This document shows positions 1-13,245 of a stretch of 53,132 nt of DNA, piece by piece. The translations under genes were made by a program, and so were the position numbers. The notes below the pieces were generated by a model, which did no database searches, had not been told where the DNA came from, and saw only the letters and a list, made by a program, of their open reading frames with translations. Position 1 is the first letter of the stretch. Each line of letters opens with the position of its first letter. This DNA is from Ruditapes philippinarum. Its lineage: Eukaryota. The stretch lies in contig NW_026864444.1 of the NCBI RefSeq assembly GCF_026571515.1, positions 62,001 to 115,132 of the forward strand. Direction: 5' to 3'.

Positions 1-17
1 TCAATAAAAACAAACGC

Positions 18-56
18 TTTTCTTAAGCTTTCGACGTTTAGTCTTCTTCAGAAAAA
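18..56 (-). ncRNA. Minimal hammerhead ribozyme (mirror copy)
   Basis: Exact reverse complement of 1327-1365. Confidence 0.7.
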
Positions 57-332
57 TTGACGTTTATAAAATAACAAATGACAAATGACGCAACGTCCGT
101 TTAACTATACGCTAAACCGAACGTGACGTTAACGCGGGAATAAAAACTTTGTCAAATAAATACAGAATCTTTCATGAATACAGCAATATACAATAAATTA
201 CACATATAATATGGATCTGCAAATGTGATACAAAAATTCTCATAATTAATAATAATAAAAAAAAAATAAAAAACCTTGATATGAGAACAAACATACTACA
301 TGTATATGTATACCGGCACAATAATGACAAAG

Positions 333-678
333 TTATATATTGTACAAAACTTTTGCATTCATACCATTAGGAGATAATGTGTTCAGCTTATGAATCCAGT
401 ATGATTCTTGTAATAAGCGTTCCATATCATCGGTGACAATCTCTATAGGCATAAATTTAAAATCCTTTATACAATGATTGGTTTTATTAAAGTGTGTAGC
501 GACATTGGTCGAAAATAACGGATCGGAAAAATTGTTAATATCAAACCTATGGCTATTCATGCGTTTAGACACTTGTTGCTTCGTTTGACCAACATACGTA
601 TTGTTATTTACATGATAATTCTTACCAGGCATATTAGTACTACTAAATATATTGCTTTCAATAATGGAGCTGCAATGT
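333..678 (-). pseudogene. Penelope GIY-YIG endonuclease fragment (internally rearranged)
   Basis: Reads HCSSIIESNIFSSTNMPGKNYHVNN, then jumps to YVGQT...RMNSHRFD...ESYWIHKLNTLSPNGMN. The VIY...C..C segment is missing here and present on the + strand at ~715-780. Confidence 0.8.
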
Positions 679-711
679 GTACATCTACTTCTATTACATT
701 TGGATGAACTT

Positions 712-1047
712 TTCGCATACTGATTGTTCTACGAAAAATGTTATATATCTTGTCACTTGTGATAAATGTAAAGAGCAATATGTTGGTCAAACGAAGCAAC
801 AAGTGTCTAAACGCATGAATAGCCATAGGTTTGATATTAACAATTTTTCCGATCCGTTATTTTCGACCAATGTCGCTACACACTTTAATAAAACCAATCA
901 ATTGTATAAAGGGATTTTAAATTTATGCCTATAGAGATTGTCACCGATGATATGGAACGCTTATTAACAAGAAATCATACTGGATTCATAAGCTGAACAC
1001 ATTATCTCCTAATGGTATGAATGCAAAAGTTTGTACAATATATAACT
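712..1047 (+). pseudogene. Penelope GIY-YIG endonuclease fragment (frameshifted copy)
   Basis: SHTDCSTKNVIYLVTCDKCKEQYVGQTKQ...; single-base indels after ~900 relative to the opposite arm. Confidence 0.8.
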
Positions 1048-1326
1048 TTGTCATTATTGTGCCCGGTATACATATACATGTAGTATGTTTTGTTCTCATA
1101 TCAAGGTTTTTTTTATTTTTTTTTTTATATTATTAATTATGAGAATTTTTGTATCACATTTGCAGATCCATATTATATGTGTAATTTATTGTATAATTGC
1201 TGTATTCATGAAAGATTCTGTATTTATTTGACCAAGTTTTTATTCCCGCGTTAACGTCACGTTCGGTTTAGCGTATAGTTAAACGGACGTTGCGTCATTT
1301 GTCATTTGTTATTTTATAAACGTCAA

Positions 1327-1365
1327 TTTTTCTGAAGAAGACTAAACGTCGAAAGCTTAAGAAAA
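1327..1365 (+). ncRNA. Minimal type I hammerhead ribozyme of the Penelope pLTR
   Basis: TTTTT-CTGAAGA-A-GAC-TAAAC-GTC-GAAA-GC-TTA-AGAAAA: CUGANGA and GAAA cores, 3-bp stem II, palindromic AAGCTT stem III, NUH triplet UUA, U-rich/A-rich stem I. Confidence 0.7.
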
Positions 1366-3853
1366 GCGTTTGTTTTTATTGAACTGATTATATATTATTT
1401 TTATACATATTTTTAAACATCATTTTTCATCATGCACATCCTTATTTAATCATCAAATAAATAATTTAAAGCAATGAAACATATTTTATACATTTTAGAG
1501 TGCGATACGAAATATTGGTTTAAATTCAATGCCCTTGCAATCTTACGGTAGCTGAAGTGTGCTATGTCGTATTTTCGCTTGTATTTTGGGCAATTCGGTT
1601 ATTGTGACAGTATTTTCCCACCTCTGTTCTGTAAAGATTTTGTTCGCACAGAAACTATTCTCAGCGTCAGAAAAATGCACTGCCTTACAAACAAACGCAT
1701 GTATCCAAATTAATTTACTACCTTTAAAGTTTTCTCTTTTGATTGTTAAATATATGAAAGTATGTATAAAAATAACAAAAAAAATATATCATTGTCTCTT
1801 CTATAAAGGTATCAATATCATTTAGAAAAAAGTAAAAACAAGGAATGCATAAGGGTTACATAGAATGTATAAACAACGATTTTAAGACCAATGTTTTAAA
1901 TCATATTTAGGTCAAAGCTGCATTGCACAGAAAATTATAAGCATATCTTAATTTCGAGGCCATTAGACTAAATTAAGTGCTGATTTAGGAAAGTAAACAT
2001 TTCTTACTTTAGACATTTATTAAATATTTTCACCTGAGAAAAAAAGAAACACAATGACATTTGCCTTAATATGAATACGTTAATATTCATCTACATTATT
2101 GTAAAGAAACTGGTGTTATAACATAAAAGACGTAAGTTAGGACATTTATCTAAAGACTGACTTCAGACTTAGGACTTTCTATGAAATGCAGCCCTGCAGA
2201 CATTTTCACAAAATATCTGTAAGTTTTTGACATACTATAATCGAAAGTCAAATCTTAAGTCATTTTCATAAAACAAATTGTAAGTTAAAATTTTATATTT
2301 ATATAACGCCTTCACTTACGATAAATCTTACAGCAAGAAACGTCTGTAGTAACTTTCATTTGCTATAGATGTGCATGCACTAAACCTGCCTCCGGTTTAA
2401 AAAATCAGGTAATGAAAAGTTTGAAATAATTATGTTTTGAACACAATCATGTTATTACAATTAAAAAAAAACAAAAATGATTCAAACTGATAAATTGATA
2501 ACCATTATATGGGTCAGAGTGTTTTAGAATCAAAGTTTACAACTTTATTGCCTAGGTATTAAGAAATATGAAGAATGCGGATTTTACATGTTGGTAATGT
2601 AATCGAACACCTGCCGATATGCCAAACGCACATGCGTATAAAATAAACAGATTTTTAAACGAGTAAACTTTCAAAAATGACATGTAAAATCAAGGGTTTT
2701 GGCGTAGATAGATGTACAGATACATAGCTGCTAAGTGATATCACAGGTATGCTTACGATGTCTATATCGAATATGCTTTTACCTATTTTGATACTGTGCA
2801 TCAATCAAATCGAGAAAAACAGAATCCCTAAAGAAATTCCAACCCGGCAAAATTGAAAATATTGCAGGCTCGGTTTGATTGAGGCTGTTCATGGATGGGC
2901 GAAACTAAATTAAAATGGAATTTTCAAAGGGGATCTGATGTTATGAAGCCAAAGGTTGTGAAAGTAAAAGCACATACAAGAAAATACAATGCATTCCTTG
3001 GGTATATTAGCGGGAAGCAATTATATCAAGAAATATTTATCGTGGTTATTAACTTGAATATACATAATGAATATTGTACGGAGGCAATGTTTGAACTACC
3101 TTAAGATTTCAATTTATACCACCTTATCGGATTTTATTAAGGATTAGTAAACAAAATATTTGGCCTCTCAACAGAGCCATGGATTCCTATTTTGTAAGAT
3201 TAAGTAGGTCTATGTGTTGAATACCCAATGTTACAATGCTTATAATCCTCATCGAAATCAAAGTAATGATATAAATCCAATTTATTAAAACCATCTTTTC
3301 AGAAGTATCAAATAAGTCAAATTACTAGTACACATTTATTACATTTTGTTAACTTATAATCAAATTTAGCTGAACTAGTAAGGCATTAGTTTTAACAGTG
3401 TAATAATATAACTAAAATATATATTGGATGAAATTTGAAAGAGTAAAGTTGGGGAAGAATTGTTAAAACAAATATTCTCTAATGTTGATATAATGCGCAA
3501 TTGTTACTTTTAAGAGACCTAACTGATCGCGTGATAAATCTTACATGCACGGTATGTTTACCATACCTTATTGTTTCATGTAATATTTTGTGTCAGTTTT
3601 AACGTCATACAGATCATTTTAAAGCGATATTTTCCTTGATTATATCTTATGTTTAGGTTTGTTGAAAAGAAAGATAAGAAAAGAAGAATGTTAAACATTT
3701 TGATTACAATGAAGATATCTGGCTATGTTTTGAGTTTCAAATGGTAAATAACATTGCAATTATTCAAAGCATTGTTCATTTAAGACAACATGCAATGTCC
3801 TCCTAATTCAATACTTTACAATAGATAAAGATAATATTTTTATATTTAAGGTA

Positions 3854-5136
3854 CAAGGGATGTTCAAATATGGATGCAACTGTCAATTTTTAAAAGTGGT
3901 TAACAAACAGTGCCACAATAATTATCTCAGTCCTTTAAAATACTCACCACCATGTGATATAAAAAGTTTAAGTTTAAGTCTTTAAATCCAATTTTTAATG
4001 CTTTTTATAATCTTTGAGAGGTATACTGTCCAGATACTGGAAAATAGCCGAACCGAGATTTTTTCGCGTTTGATATTTTCTTCAAGCAATGTGTTTTTAG
4101 ACACGTAGACACGGCAATAGGAAAAAAGTCACAAGGGGCAAAATCTGGCAATAGGGAAGATGAGGTAGCTCGACAACCTTTTCCTGTTTCAGTAATGCTT
4201 GTACAATGGCCACTTTGTGCGTCGAAGCATTTCGATGCAACAACCATGGAGACAAATTGCGGGTGGACGAGTTTTGAAATATTTCTTTAATTTATGAAGG
4301 AGCTTCACAGATTTACCCTTTAGTACAGCAATTTGAATAGCATCTTTGAATAGGATCTTGATTGGTAAAGAAAATTACATACATGACATTTTTGACGCTC
4401 ATGGTGCGTTTTGCTTTGCAAGATTTTTGACCATATTTTATTTATGTATCTTTCTCTTTGACTCATAAAAATAAACCCACGTCTCATCGCTAGTGATGAT
4501 ATTTGCGAAAGATCGATTGTTGTATTTTTGGAACTGTTTCAACAATTGTTTGGAGATTCAAGGTTTTGCTCTTTTGAAAGGAGATGGGGTATCCATCTGA
4601 CACTTATCCTTCTTATTTTTAAATGACGTCTCAGAATTGTATGAGTGGCTCCTACAGAGATACCAACGCATTTAGATACATACCTAGTTGTAAATCTTGC
4701 ATAAGTAGCAATCAAATTTCTTTACTTTTTTCAACCATTTTTGGCGAAATTGCGGTTTTTGGACGGCGTGCATGAGGTACTTTTAATTTTCTTACACCAC
4801 CGTGTTTCAGATGAAAAAGAAAGTTATATGTTCCCATAAACACGACATATTTCATTAAATATGTCTTTCGCCTGTATACCAAGAATACAGCGGTTCTTGA
4901 TAGGACCGTATTTGGTCAGTGATTGAAGACCTTTTCCCAACAAATTTAGCTTTAGTATACACGAGAATATAGCGTAAATCGAGCTATTGTCAAAGCTAGA
5001 CTAAACTGATTCACACATGTGTTACATCAAGTGAGAGCTTACACAACAATCTATACGATACATATACATAGTTCGTGCAAAACGTGGTTAAAAGCGAGAT
5101 ATTGGCCTACTTACATTCATATTTTAACACCCCTCG
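3854..5136 (-). mobile_element. Degenerate mariner (Tc1/mariner) element, ~1.28 kb
   Basis: Imperfect TIRs CAAGGGATGTTCAAATATGGATGCAA / CGAGGGGTGTTAAAATATGAATGTAA flanked by TA. Minus-strand remnants VRWIPHLL, NIITSDETWVYFYE and PDFAPCDFF, with many stops and frameshifts. Confidence 0.85.
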
Positions 5137-6699
5137 TATGATTCTAACCACAAGTAAGCACTGTAAAATTGAAAAAATGTGTCAGTTAAATGCCTTAAAG
5201 AACACCTGTATGCACACTTTTACAACATCCACCGTGTGATTTTCGAGTTATGGAATTTTTATTCACTAACGCTTGGCTATTAGAAGGGCTCTTTTTTCAG
5301 AAATGAAGAAACTCTTAACTATTTATAATATCATCATTAAGAAAAATGCTTTTCCTACTGATCATTATTAGGAAACAAATAATAGCATTCAGTTAGCAAA
5401 ATGATTGTTTCAACTCAAAATGTTTGACCATTTCCCTATTATTCCTTATTGAAACTATCATAAAAATGTACCAAAATTAGGGACTGTTTATAAAGTTTGC
5501 CAAATTATTTTGAAAGTATATTGAAGTATATTATTTGATCTTGTCAAATATAAAATACGTCAACATGTAGTTTTGTTTCTATAATATCAGGTACCATAAT
5601 TGTAATTAAATTTTGCATTATTTAGCCAATAAATACCTATAATTACATAATAAAATTAAACATTATCTTACTTCAAAGAAGGATCTGTGAGATACATAAA
5701 TACATTTACTCAAACGGAAGTAAGCTTCATGAAAATAAGAAGAAAATAAGGTATTGTTTACCTTCATGATGAATTTTCTGCACTTAAATCAAGCAAAACT
5801 GTCAAATTCAGGGGCAGATAACTAAAAAACGAGCATGCCAAGTTTAAAGAAATTCTATTGTGTAGGTTTAATTTTCTTTAATGGCTATGTTAAAACTCCC
5901 CGAAAATGTCTTTAAGATTTTCTTAAAATATTTTGTGAAAAGGAGACTTATCGTAAGATTTTATTTGTCGTACGATTTTTTCTGAAAAGAGCTGCAGAAT
6001 AATTAAAAAGATACGAGTCCAAACTGAAAATTCAGGATAAGCGAAGGTAAAAATACTCGCCATGGATTTTTATACAACCCTCCTTGTTATGTGGAGCATT
6101 AAAATTTAACAAAATATACAGATCACAAATGAGTATGAGAGTTCTTTCGTCTAATTTGGACACTTATTGCTGATCTTTTTGGCTGACAGGTACGTTTCTC
6201 TTACATTTGTTTTTCATTTTTTTGCCAAGTTTTCTTATTTTCTAAATCGGACATTTTACTAGATAAAAAATAATTAATGATGCTTATTCATTCATTACCT
6301 GTATTATTACTCAAAACACATTGTTTGATTGACGTAAAGTTAAAGCAAATGATGATTTCACTCTTACGTAGTTGTTTAATCGCATCGAAAATGTTCATTT
6401 GAATTCTCTGAGAATCTCTTAATATATCAATTCCCTTACAACATTTGAAGGCTTAATCTAGTCAAGAATATAACCAGTCATGCACATCGTCTAATGTATA
6501 ATTCTTTCATAATTATTTGTAGAACTTTGTTACTTTCTTTAATAGTACAACTAATAAATGAATACCTTGGACCTAGACTTTCAACTGTTAAAAAATGTTA
6601 GATAAGTATAGTGGTTGAGTTGGACAATTACCCTCTGAATAACGGCAATAAGCAATTTCAAATTTTCTAGAGCATAATTCAGCCACCGCATTGTTTCTG

Positions 6700-6860
6700 T
6701 GTATCTGTCTTAGTTGCATTCACTTTTGCGAGAGCAGAGGTACAGTGCGAATGACCTTAGGAAGGTTTTCATGATCAATAAGAACGAAAAATTCTGCATC
6801 GTCCTTGAATCGAACCCGTGTCGCCCGATTCTCTGCCCAACGCTCTTGAGCTAACTGGGA
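6700..6860 (-). mobile_element. Degraded tRNA-derived SINE (Meta-SINE-like)
   Basis: B-box GGTTCGATTC on the minus strand. The core AGAGCAGAGGTACAGTGCG is shared with 23270-23442 and 28770-28965. Confidence 0.5.
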
Positions 6861-6968
6861 TATTTTGAACTATATAGTGAAAAATAAATAAATGAAAAAA
6901 TAAATTATGATTAAATATATTTACAGACGAACTGTTACATAAAAGACGAACTGTTACATAAAGATACA

Positions 6969-9900
6969 ATGGCGATGAACCAGTTTAACTACGTTATCAT
7001 CACAATCATATTTGCTGTGAGTGTCGTTGCAGCGAGCAAAGGTAATTCTCAAGTTTTTCTTACTATCATGACGAATTATTGAAACTTAAAAACCTCTTCT
7101 TTTTGCAAATTCTAGAATTTCATTTCAAATTTCTCAAGTAATTTGATAAAAAGCTACAAACTTCAACTATTAGGTGCATGGTTTAGGGAAGAAAGACAAA
7201 ATTATTAACTTGCATTTATAACTTTTTATTGCACAAAGTTAATATATCTTGATGAGTTGTATACAAAAAAACAGTTGTCAATTAATTATTTCTTAACATA
7301 CATTTAAATGCACACGCATTCTAGGTGGAACAGTAAATGTTCTTTTGTCTTTTTTTGTATCTTGTATAAGAATACATCTGAAGTATGTTTCGGAAAATAT
7401 ATGATTAAACATATGACTCACATTCAACAACAATTTAAGAATGCCTACTGATGTACAATTAAAAACAAATCCAAATTAATGTCAACAGACATTTTAAACT
7501 TGCAGTTTCTACAACCACAATAATAAGAACATTTATATTAATAAGGTACTGTATGAATTTATTTTATACTCGTCATATTGGAATAAACTTAGTCAACAAT
7601 TCCAAGCATTCAATAACAATTTGTTTAAACGTTTAGTATCTTACCGTAGGTAAGACATTTACACCGTATCAGTTCTGTGTACCCTTCCTATTGTGTTCAC
7701 GGTTCTTTTCGTTAACTTAAAAGACTGGCAAGATGCAATTACTCAAAAGATGTTTGTTCGGCTGCAAAGCAGTCGAGTCTTTTATGTCTGATTTTGAATT
7801 AGACGCATGATTTACTGCGGAATGACACGATTTATTTTGCGGGTCGTCAATTAAAAAAAACAAGTACATAAACACATTCACATACACCAGCTTCACAATT
7901 CATGACTTATTTTTATATTCTGGCTTTGTTTCAAAACATCTTAATTTATATATTTTTCAAATACAATGTTTTCTTATCTCCGTATAAAAGTAATGGACTT
8001 GCAACTATCTTATTGGAGAGAAGTGCAGTGCTTAAAAACTGGTACTCTGCCCTTCTTATTTTTTGATTTATTGCCCTTTGTTAATTTTCATATTTCATTT
8101 TTGTCCGGGTCATTTCTCCTAAACTGTAAGAGCTATGGACATGAAACTTCAAGGATGATAGATCTCATTGAACCGATACTCCATGATTTTTAGTTAATTT
8201 TCTGTGTTTATTTTCTTACTTTATTTTTCCCCGGCCATTTCATCTAAACTATAAAAGCTATGAACTTGAAACTTCATAGCTTGATAGATCTGATTGGGAA
8301 AAAGTGCAATACACAAGTACCGGTACTCTGTACTACATGATTTTATCGTTATTGCCATTTGCTAATTATAATACTTTATTTTTGTCCAGGTCAATAATCC
8401 TACACTTTAAAAGCTATTGATTTGAAACTTCATAGGATGATAGATCTCATTGAGGAGAAGTGCAGTGCACAAGAACTTGTACTCTGCACTTCATGATTTT
8501 TGGGGTTTTTGCCCTTTTTAATTTTCTTATTTAATAGGCTTGCCCAGAGCATAACTTGGTCACTTTAAGTTTGATTTACTCCAAATTTGGTCTGTAAGCT
8601 GTTTTCATTGACCTGAAGTTCAGCGCTTAAGAATTCACCATAGAGTCCTCCATTTGATCTGACAGTGTAAAACTTTTCCATGGTATTTTTATTTTTGATA
8701 ATATAACAGTTTTATTAAACCTGATGTAACATTGTTCCCGACTCAGGGAAAGTTTAATATGAAGCACAAAATTGTGCTATTTTAAAAGATTAAGGCATGG
8801 ATCTCAGGACTTTCAGTCCAAAATTATGATCAATGCTAGATCTGCAAATGCAACAATAAATTCATTAAAGAAATTAAATGAAACACGGAATTTTAAAATC
8901 TATCATGTTAAGCTTTGTGCAGGTGTTGTGCATGACATATCGTTTTATTATTGTTACTATTTGTGCCGAGTATTTTCAAAATCCCTTGAAGTATGAAGAA
9001 GATATAGATCGGACACAAAATATATCCTATAGCAAACTATGTTCACCTTTGATCTCTAAGTGTGACCTTCGAGGTAGGGACCCATGTTTTGCGCCTGACA
9101 TATCTTCTTATTATTGTGATTATTTGTGCAAAGTATTTCTAAAATCCCTTGATCTATAAAAAAGTTATAGACTGGATATAAAAATATACCATATAACAGA
9201 CTATGTTAATCTTTGACCTCCAAGTGTGACCTTGATCTTAGAGGTAGATGACCGGTTGTTGCGCATGACACATCGTCTTATCATAACAAACGTTTGTGCC
9301 AAGTTATTTCAAATTCCTTTGATAAATGACAAAGTTATGAATCGGACACGAAAGTGTGACGGAAAGACGGAAGTACTTACGAAATGGTACTTATGTGACT
9401 TTTCCTTTGATCTTTTTTAGCCATTTTTAGTCACACAATGCTTGAATAAAGACACACAAGTAAAAACGGAATGAAAAAGATCAAAGCAAATTTACTGTTA
9501 TCCATTGTTCTCCAAGTCACTTAAGTACGTCTGGGTTTGTACGGACAGACGGACAGACGTAGCCTTTTTCTACATCCCCCCTTTTTTCTATGTCCCAGCA
9601 GGACATTAAAGCAAGGTCACGCGTATGCTGTTTTATTTTGGTTAGACTTGGTCTGATGTCTATAATGTTTTATATTCTGCGTTATTCCTGGCACATTGCG
9701 ATATTGGCTGAAGCGTATCCGTTCTGTCACAGTATAAAACGAATACTACTAGTACGGACGTAATGGTATAATCGTATAATCGTGTTGTAACGCTTCCCCT
9801 TTCATTTCAACAACTCTGCAGATCTAAACAGACAATTCCTCCGCAGCCATTTTGTGCGTGCTTGAAACCCCCGCTTGTTTTAATTTAATAATCGACCGTA

Positions 9901-11720
9901 TACCAATTATCACTATTTTCAAATATTGAAGTTAAGCATTATTTATCTTTAAAATGTTGACGGGATTTTCTTTTAATACCCGTGTCAAAAAATATTACAG
10001 TTCAAAAAATAATGTTTTTTAAATGTTACTGATGATATAGTAATTCATGAAACATATCAAACACTGATCTAAAACATATTTTAAATTGTCAATCGTAAAT
10101 TTGATTTAAAGAAAATGCTTTGGAAAACATCGGGATTGAACATAAAGAAGAAAAATCATGATTAGGTAGAACTGGTTTGTTAAGTCGTTCATAGAAATGT
10201 AAACCTGGATATGTCCGGTGCAAACTACAGTCCACTTATCCTAGCCCAGGCTTAAGCAGAAGCACGTTTGCCTATGGTGTGTGCACATTTTAGAATAATG
10301 GTCAGCTCGGTTAAGAATGTTATCAAATTGTAGTAAAGAACGAAATTAGGTATCATGTTGAATCAATTACTAATTGTAATAAAAAGGCACAATTTAATAT
10401 TTAAATAGACATCTTTACTGCAATAATGCTATGAAATATTTAAGAAAATACAATACATATATCTTCCTTAAAGAGTCTGGACAAGAGAAGAGATTACAAA
10501 TTCCTGACGGTGCAAGATACAGACCGTTGTCCATTTGTAGACCTTACGTACCGTTCCTTTCGACGTTACAGTGCTGTGAACATGGATTCACTCATGTCGA
10601 TTTAACAAACAATGCTCCTTCTAATGGAATCAATACCGCAGCAGGTGTTCAAATCCTTCAACAGCCAACATCACAAACAGGCAAAATTGGTGATTGTAAA
10701 AAAAGAGCACTTCTTAAGGTAAATATGTAAATACGGAACACTATAGTAATAGAAACGTTAAAAATCTTTTCCATTATTCCTCGTAGCGATGTATTTTAGT
10801 CAGATTTGACGCATATGGTAAAACTATGACAATTTTACTTAAATCACAGATAAACTTTGAGACGTTTACAAAGGAACCATGTGACTACTGCTTAAGAAGA
10901 CCATTATGTGGTAGACGTATGTTGAAAATAGATCTGACACTTAGTTCTGGTACACGATCAGGTTGGGGGTTTAATATAGGAGACAGCAGAACAAACGATG
11001 GGTACAGTAAGTAGATTTAATTAATAAAACATTAAACATGTATGGCATTTCAATTCGATTCAAGTCGCCATTTTGTTATTATAAGCATAAATGTTCTGCA
11101 TGAGAAGACTTTATTGATCCAACATTATTTGACAAATATATCTCGGCTATGAGTATGAATGAGGTATCATCACTATTTTGAAAGTTAACTATCCTTTAAC
11201 ATAATAGAAATGTTATTTTATTTGTATGCATAATTGAAATTTGAGATTGTCGTTTCTATACTCTAACGTTTATGTTACCCTTTCAAATGTAATCGTTAAA
11301 GTTACATCCAATTCATTGTAATTATTTATTCACCTGTGTTTTGTAAAACTTTAAGGGGGTGATTACAACACACAGATAAATGATGCAGAGGCTGAAGGCG
11401 TTTTTTCTGCAGTTCGACTTTATCACAACGATAAATGCAATTCGGTAGGTGCATTCAAAACTTTTCAGAACGCTATGGGACAAAATGTCAATCACATGAC
11501 CATTTATGTCAGCAACCAATACATTCGAATCATGAACGACCAAGGATTTGATGAATATGTATGTGACAACTGCCTGTATGCTCTGAATGGTCAAGCAGAC
11601 AGACAAGGAATCAATGAGGACATATACATTGGATTGAATCGTGTGATTACAGGTCGATCTGACAGAGACGGACAAGGTGTTTGTTCGGCGACGCTGACAT
11701 GGATTTGTCCTCGATGGTAG
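6969..11720 (+). CDS. Secreted Cys-rich protein of unknown family, copy A (4 exons, ~279 aa, short pro-region)
   Basis: Exons 6969-7041, 10474-10718, 10850-11006 and 11356-11720 have GT/AG ends and matching phases 1,0,1, totalling 840 nt open. Signal peptide MAMNQFNYVIITIIFAVSVVAAS, then KESGQEKR and mature LQIPDGARYRP...WGFNIGDSRTNDGYRGDYNTQINDAE...LYALNGQAD...DIYIGLNRVITG...WICPRW. The exon-1 donor is inferred. Confidence 0.75.
7985..8640. repeat. Tandem ~140-bp satellite-like units of a bivalve pearl/HINE-type element
   Basis: About four diverged units containing GAAACTTCATAGGATGATAGATCTCATTGAG...AAGTGCAGTGC...TACTCTGC...TTGCCCTTTG. Confidence 0.65.
8900..9610 (+). mobile_element. pearl/CvA-like (Helentron-associated) non-autonomous element with internal tandem units and ACGG microsatellite
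   Basis: Repeated TGTGACCTT...GCATGACA.ATCGTCTT...TGTGCCAAGT units, then ACGGACAGACGGACAGACG and a terminal GC-rich segment. Interrupted at ~9372-9540 by a short insert with inverted ends (GTACTTATGTGACTT / AAGTCACTTAAGTAC). Confidence 0.6.
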
Positions 11721-13245
11721 ATGGCGGATTATATACATAAAGTTTGATACAGAGAAATCATTTGAAAGGACGTGCTTAAACTTTACTTACTAATGTAACA
11801 TTTACTTACTTGATACAGTTCTAACACTTTTCATCTAGACGCATTTTACTGCATTTTGCTCAGTTTCTTATTTCTTGTTACTTGTAGTATTTACAATTGT
11901 AAGAGTAAGATAAGAAATGAAATTACATTATCTTGATGCAGAAATTCTTGAACTCTTTTATTGCCGAAGATTTACTTACAAAAGAATGACAATACCGGGG
12001 ATTGAAATAATTCTTAAGGTTTAATTAATATTAGAAGAGAACTTGTTTCCACAATTTCTTTTGTAATATCATTTCCATAAAAACATTAATTACATTCGCA
12101 TTATACGAGTACAGTTATGTTTGTTTTCTAACCACGCATTACCATAATAAATATTTAATAGTATAACATATATGCGTAATTCATTTTACCAAAACAATTA
12201 CGGAAGTAATATTTTCATATTGCACATGGCACAGAAATGACCAAAAATTGCGTTTGGCATAATAAAACTTTAGGTCAACTGTAGAAAATTTGGCCAGTTT
12301 ACGGAGTATGAAAATAAGACTGTTAGAAAAACTGTATAGTTGGGGTCCGTTGTGAAATGTTGTGTATGCTCCGTGATTTTTCGGAACCAAATATCGATCA
12401 CTGTCAGATGACAAGGTAAACATTACAAATTCGCTATCTGATAGTAATCGAAACAAATACGAATATAAATACATGTAAATACAATTAAAATAAAGATTTC
12501 TCGGGGGAAAAAACCTGGATAATACGGAAAACACCTTGTTTATTAAAATGTTCTCAATGTTTTCTTAAGATTTATAAACGCTTAAAAATCTGGAATTGGA
12601 AGCATTGAGTGTTAAGTTCAGCAGCCGACACAAAACGCGAGGTACGTTGAAATTTGATTACGAACCAAAGTATTTATAAAAACATAACAATTGTCAAAAA
12701 TTACCGGAAATTTATTTTAAATCTGACACAAAATCAAACTAAAATTGCCCGTCATTTTAAACGTTTTAAACGAATATTTTCATAATGTGATGTTATTTGA
12801 ACGTCATTTGTCGTTTATGCGAGTTATCAATTGTACCAATGTTTAGTGCAAGAATTGATTCATATCAGGATTGAGCCGATTTTAGACAAATACTGTACAC
12901 TTCATTTAATAACATTTTTAAAGTAATACCCGTTGTAACAATGTCATTTACAGACAAAAATAATGAGAAAATAGATAAAGAAGACGATGAAATATTCACA
13001 AATTGCAGCCTCAGGTACATTCCTGTTGAATTTTCCGAAATCAAGTTGTCAACACTATCCATTATGAATGTTTATCTCGTTCGAGTTTTGCACGTGTACC
13101 CTGTCCTGTTTGGTGTTCTGCTGGGTTGCTTTCTGGTAGTCCTGTGTTGTGCCACTCTTCCTTGTTGATCTTTATTTTCTATATCTGGGACATGTTTTTC
13201 CCTTGCACTGAAATAATTATCTTATCATGTTTGATATCAGAAAGA

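Larger units (their letters stand above)
1..1382. mobile_element. Penelope-like retroelement 3' fragment arranged as a fold-back (arms 1-596 / 779-1382)
   Basis: 1-596 is the reverse complement of 779-1382 apart from scattered 1-nt indels. The + strand translates as CSTKNVIYLVTCDKCKEQYVGQTKQQVSKRMNSH; the - strand arm reads in frame through to ESYWIHKLNTLSPNGMN. This is a Penelope-type GIY-YIG endonuclease C-terminus followed by a hammerhead-containing terminus. Confidence 0.9.
5990..12030 (+). repeat. Direct segmental duplication with ~22290-27490 (gene copies A and B with promoter region, introns and 3' flank)
   Basis: 5990-7900 aligns with 22290-25170 and 10255-12030 aligns with 25760-27490. 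The middle of intron 1 differs. Confidence 0.8.

Noticed and set aside
2120-2200. Possible PIF/Harbinger-like terminus (TTTCTATGAAATGCAGCCC)
   Set aside because: I could not identify a convincing partner end or TSD by eye.
11322-11738. 138-aa minus-strand ORF
   Set aside because: It is the antisense shadow of exon 4 of gene copy A and has no counterpart in the ORF track at copy B.
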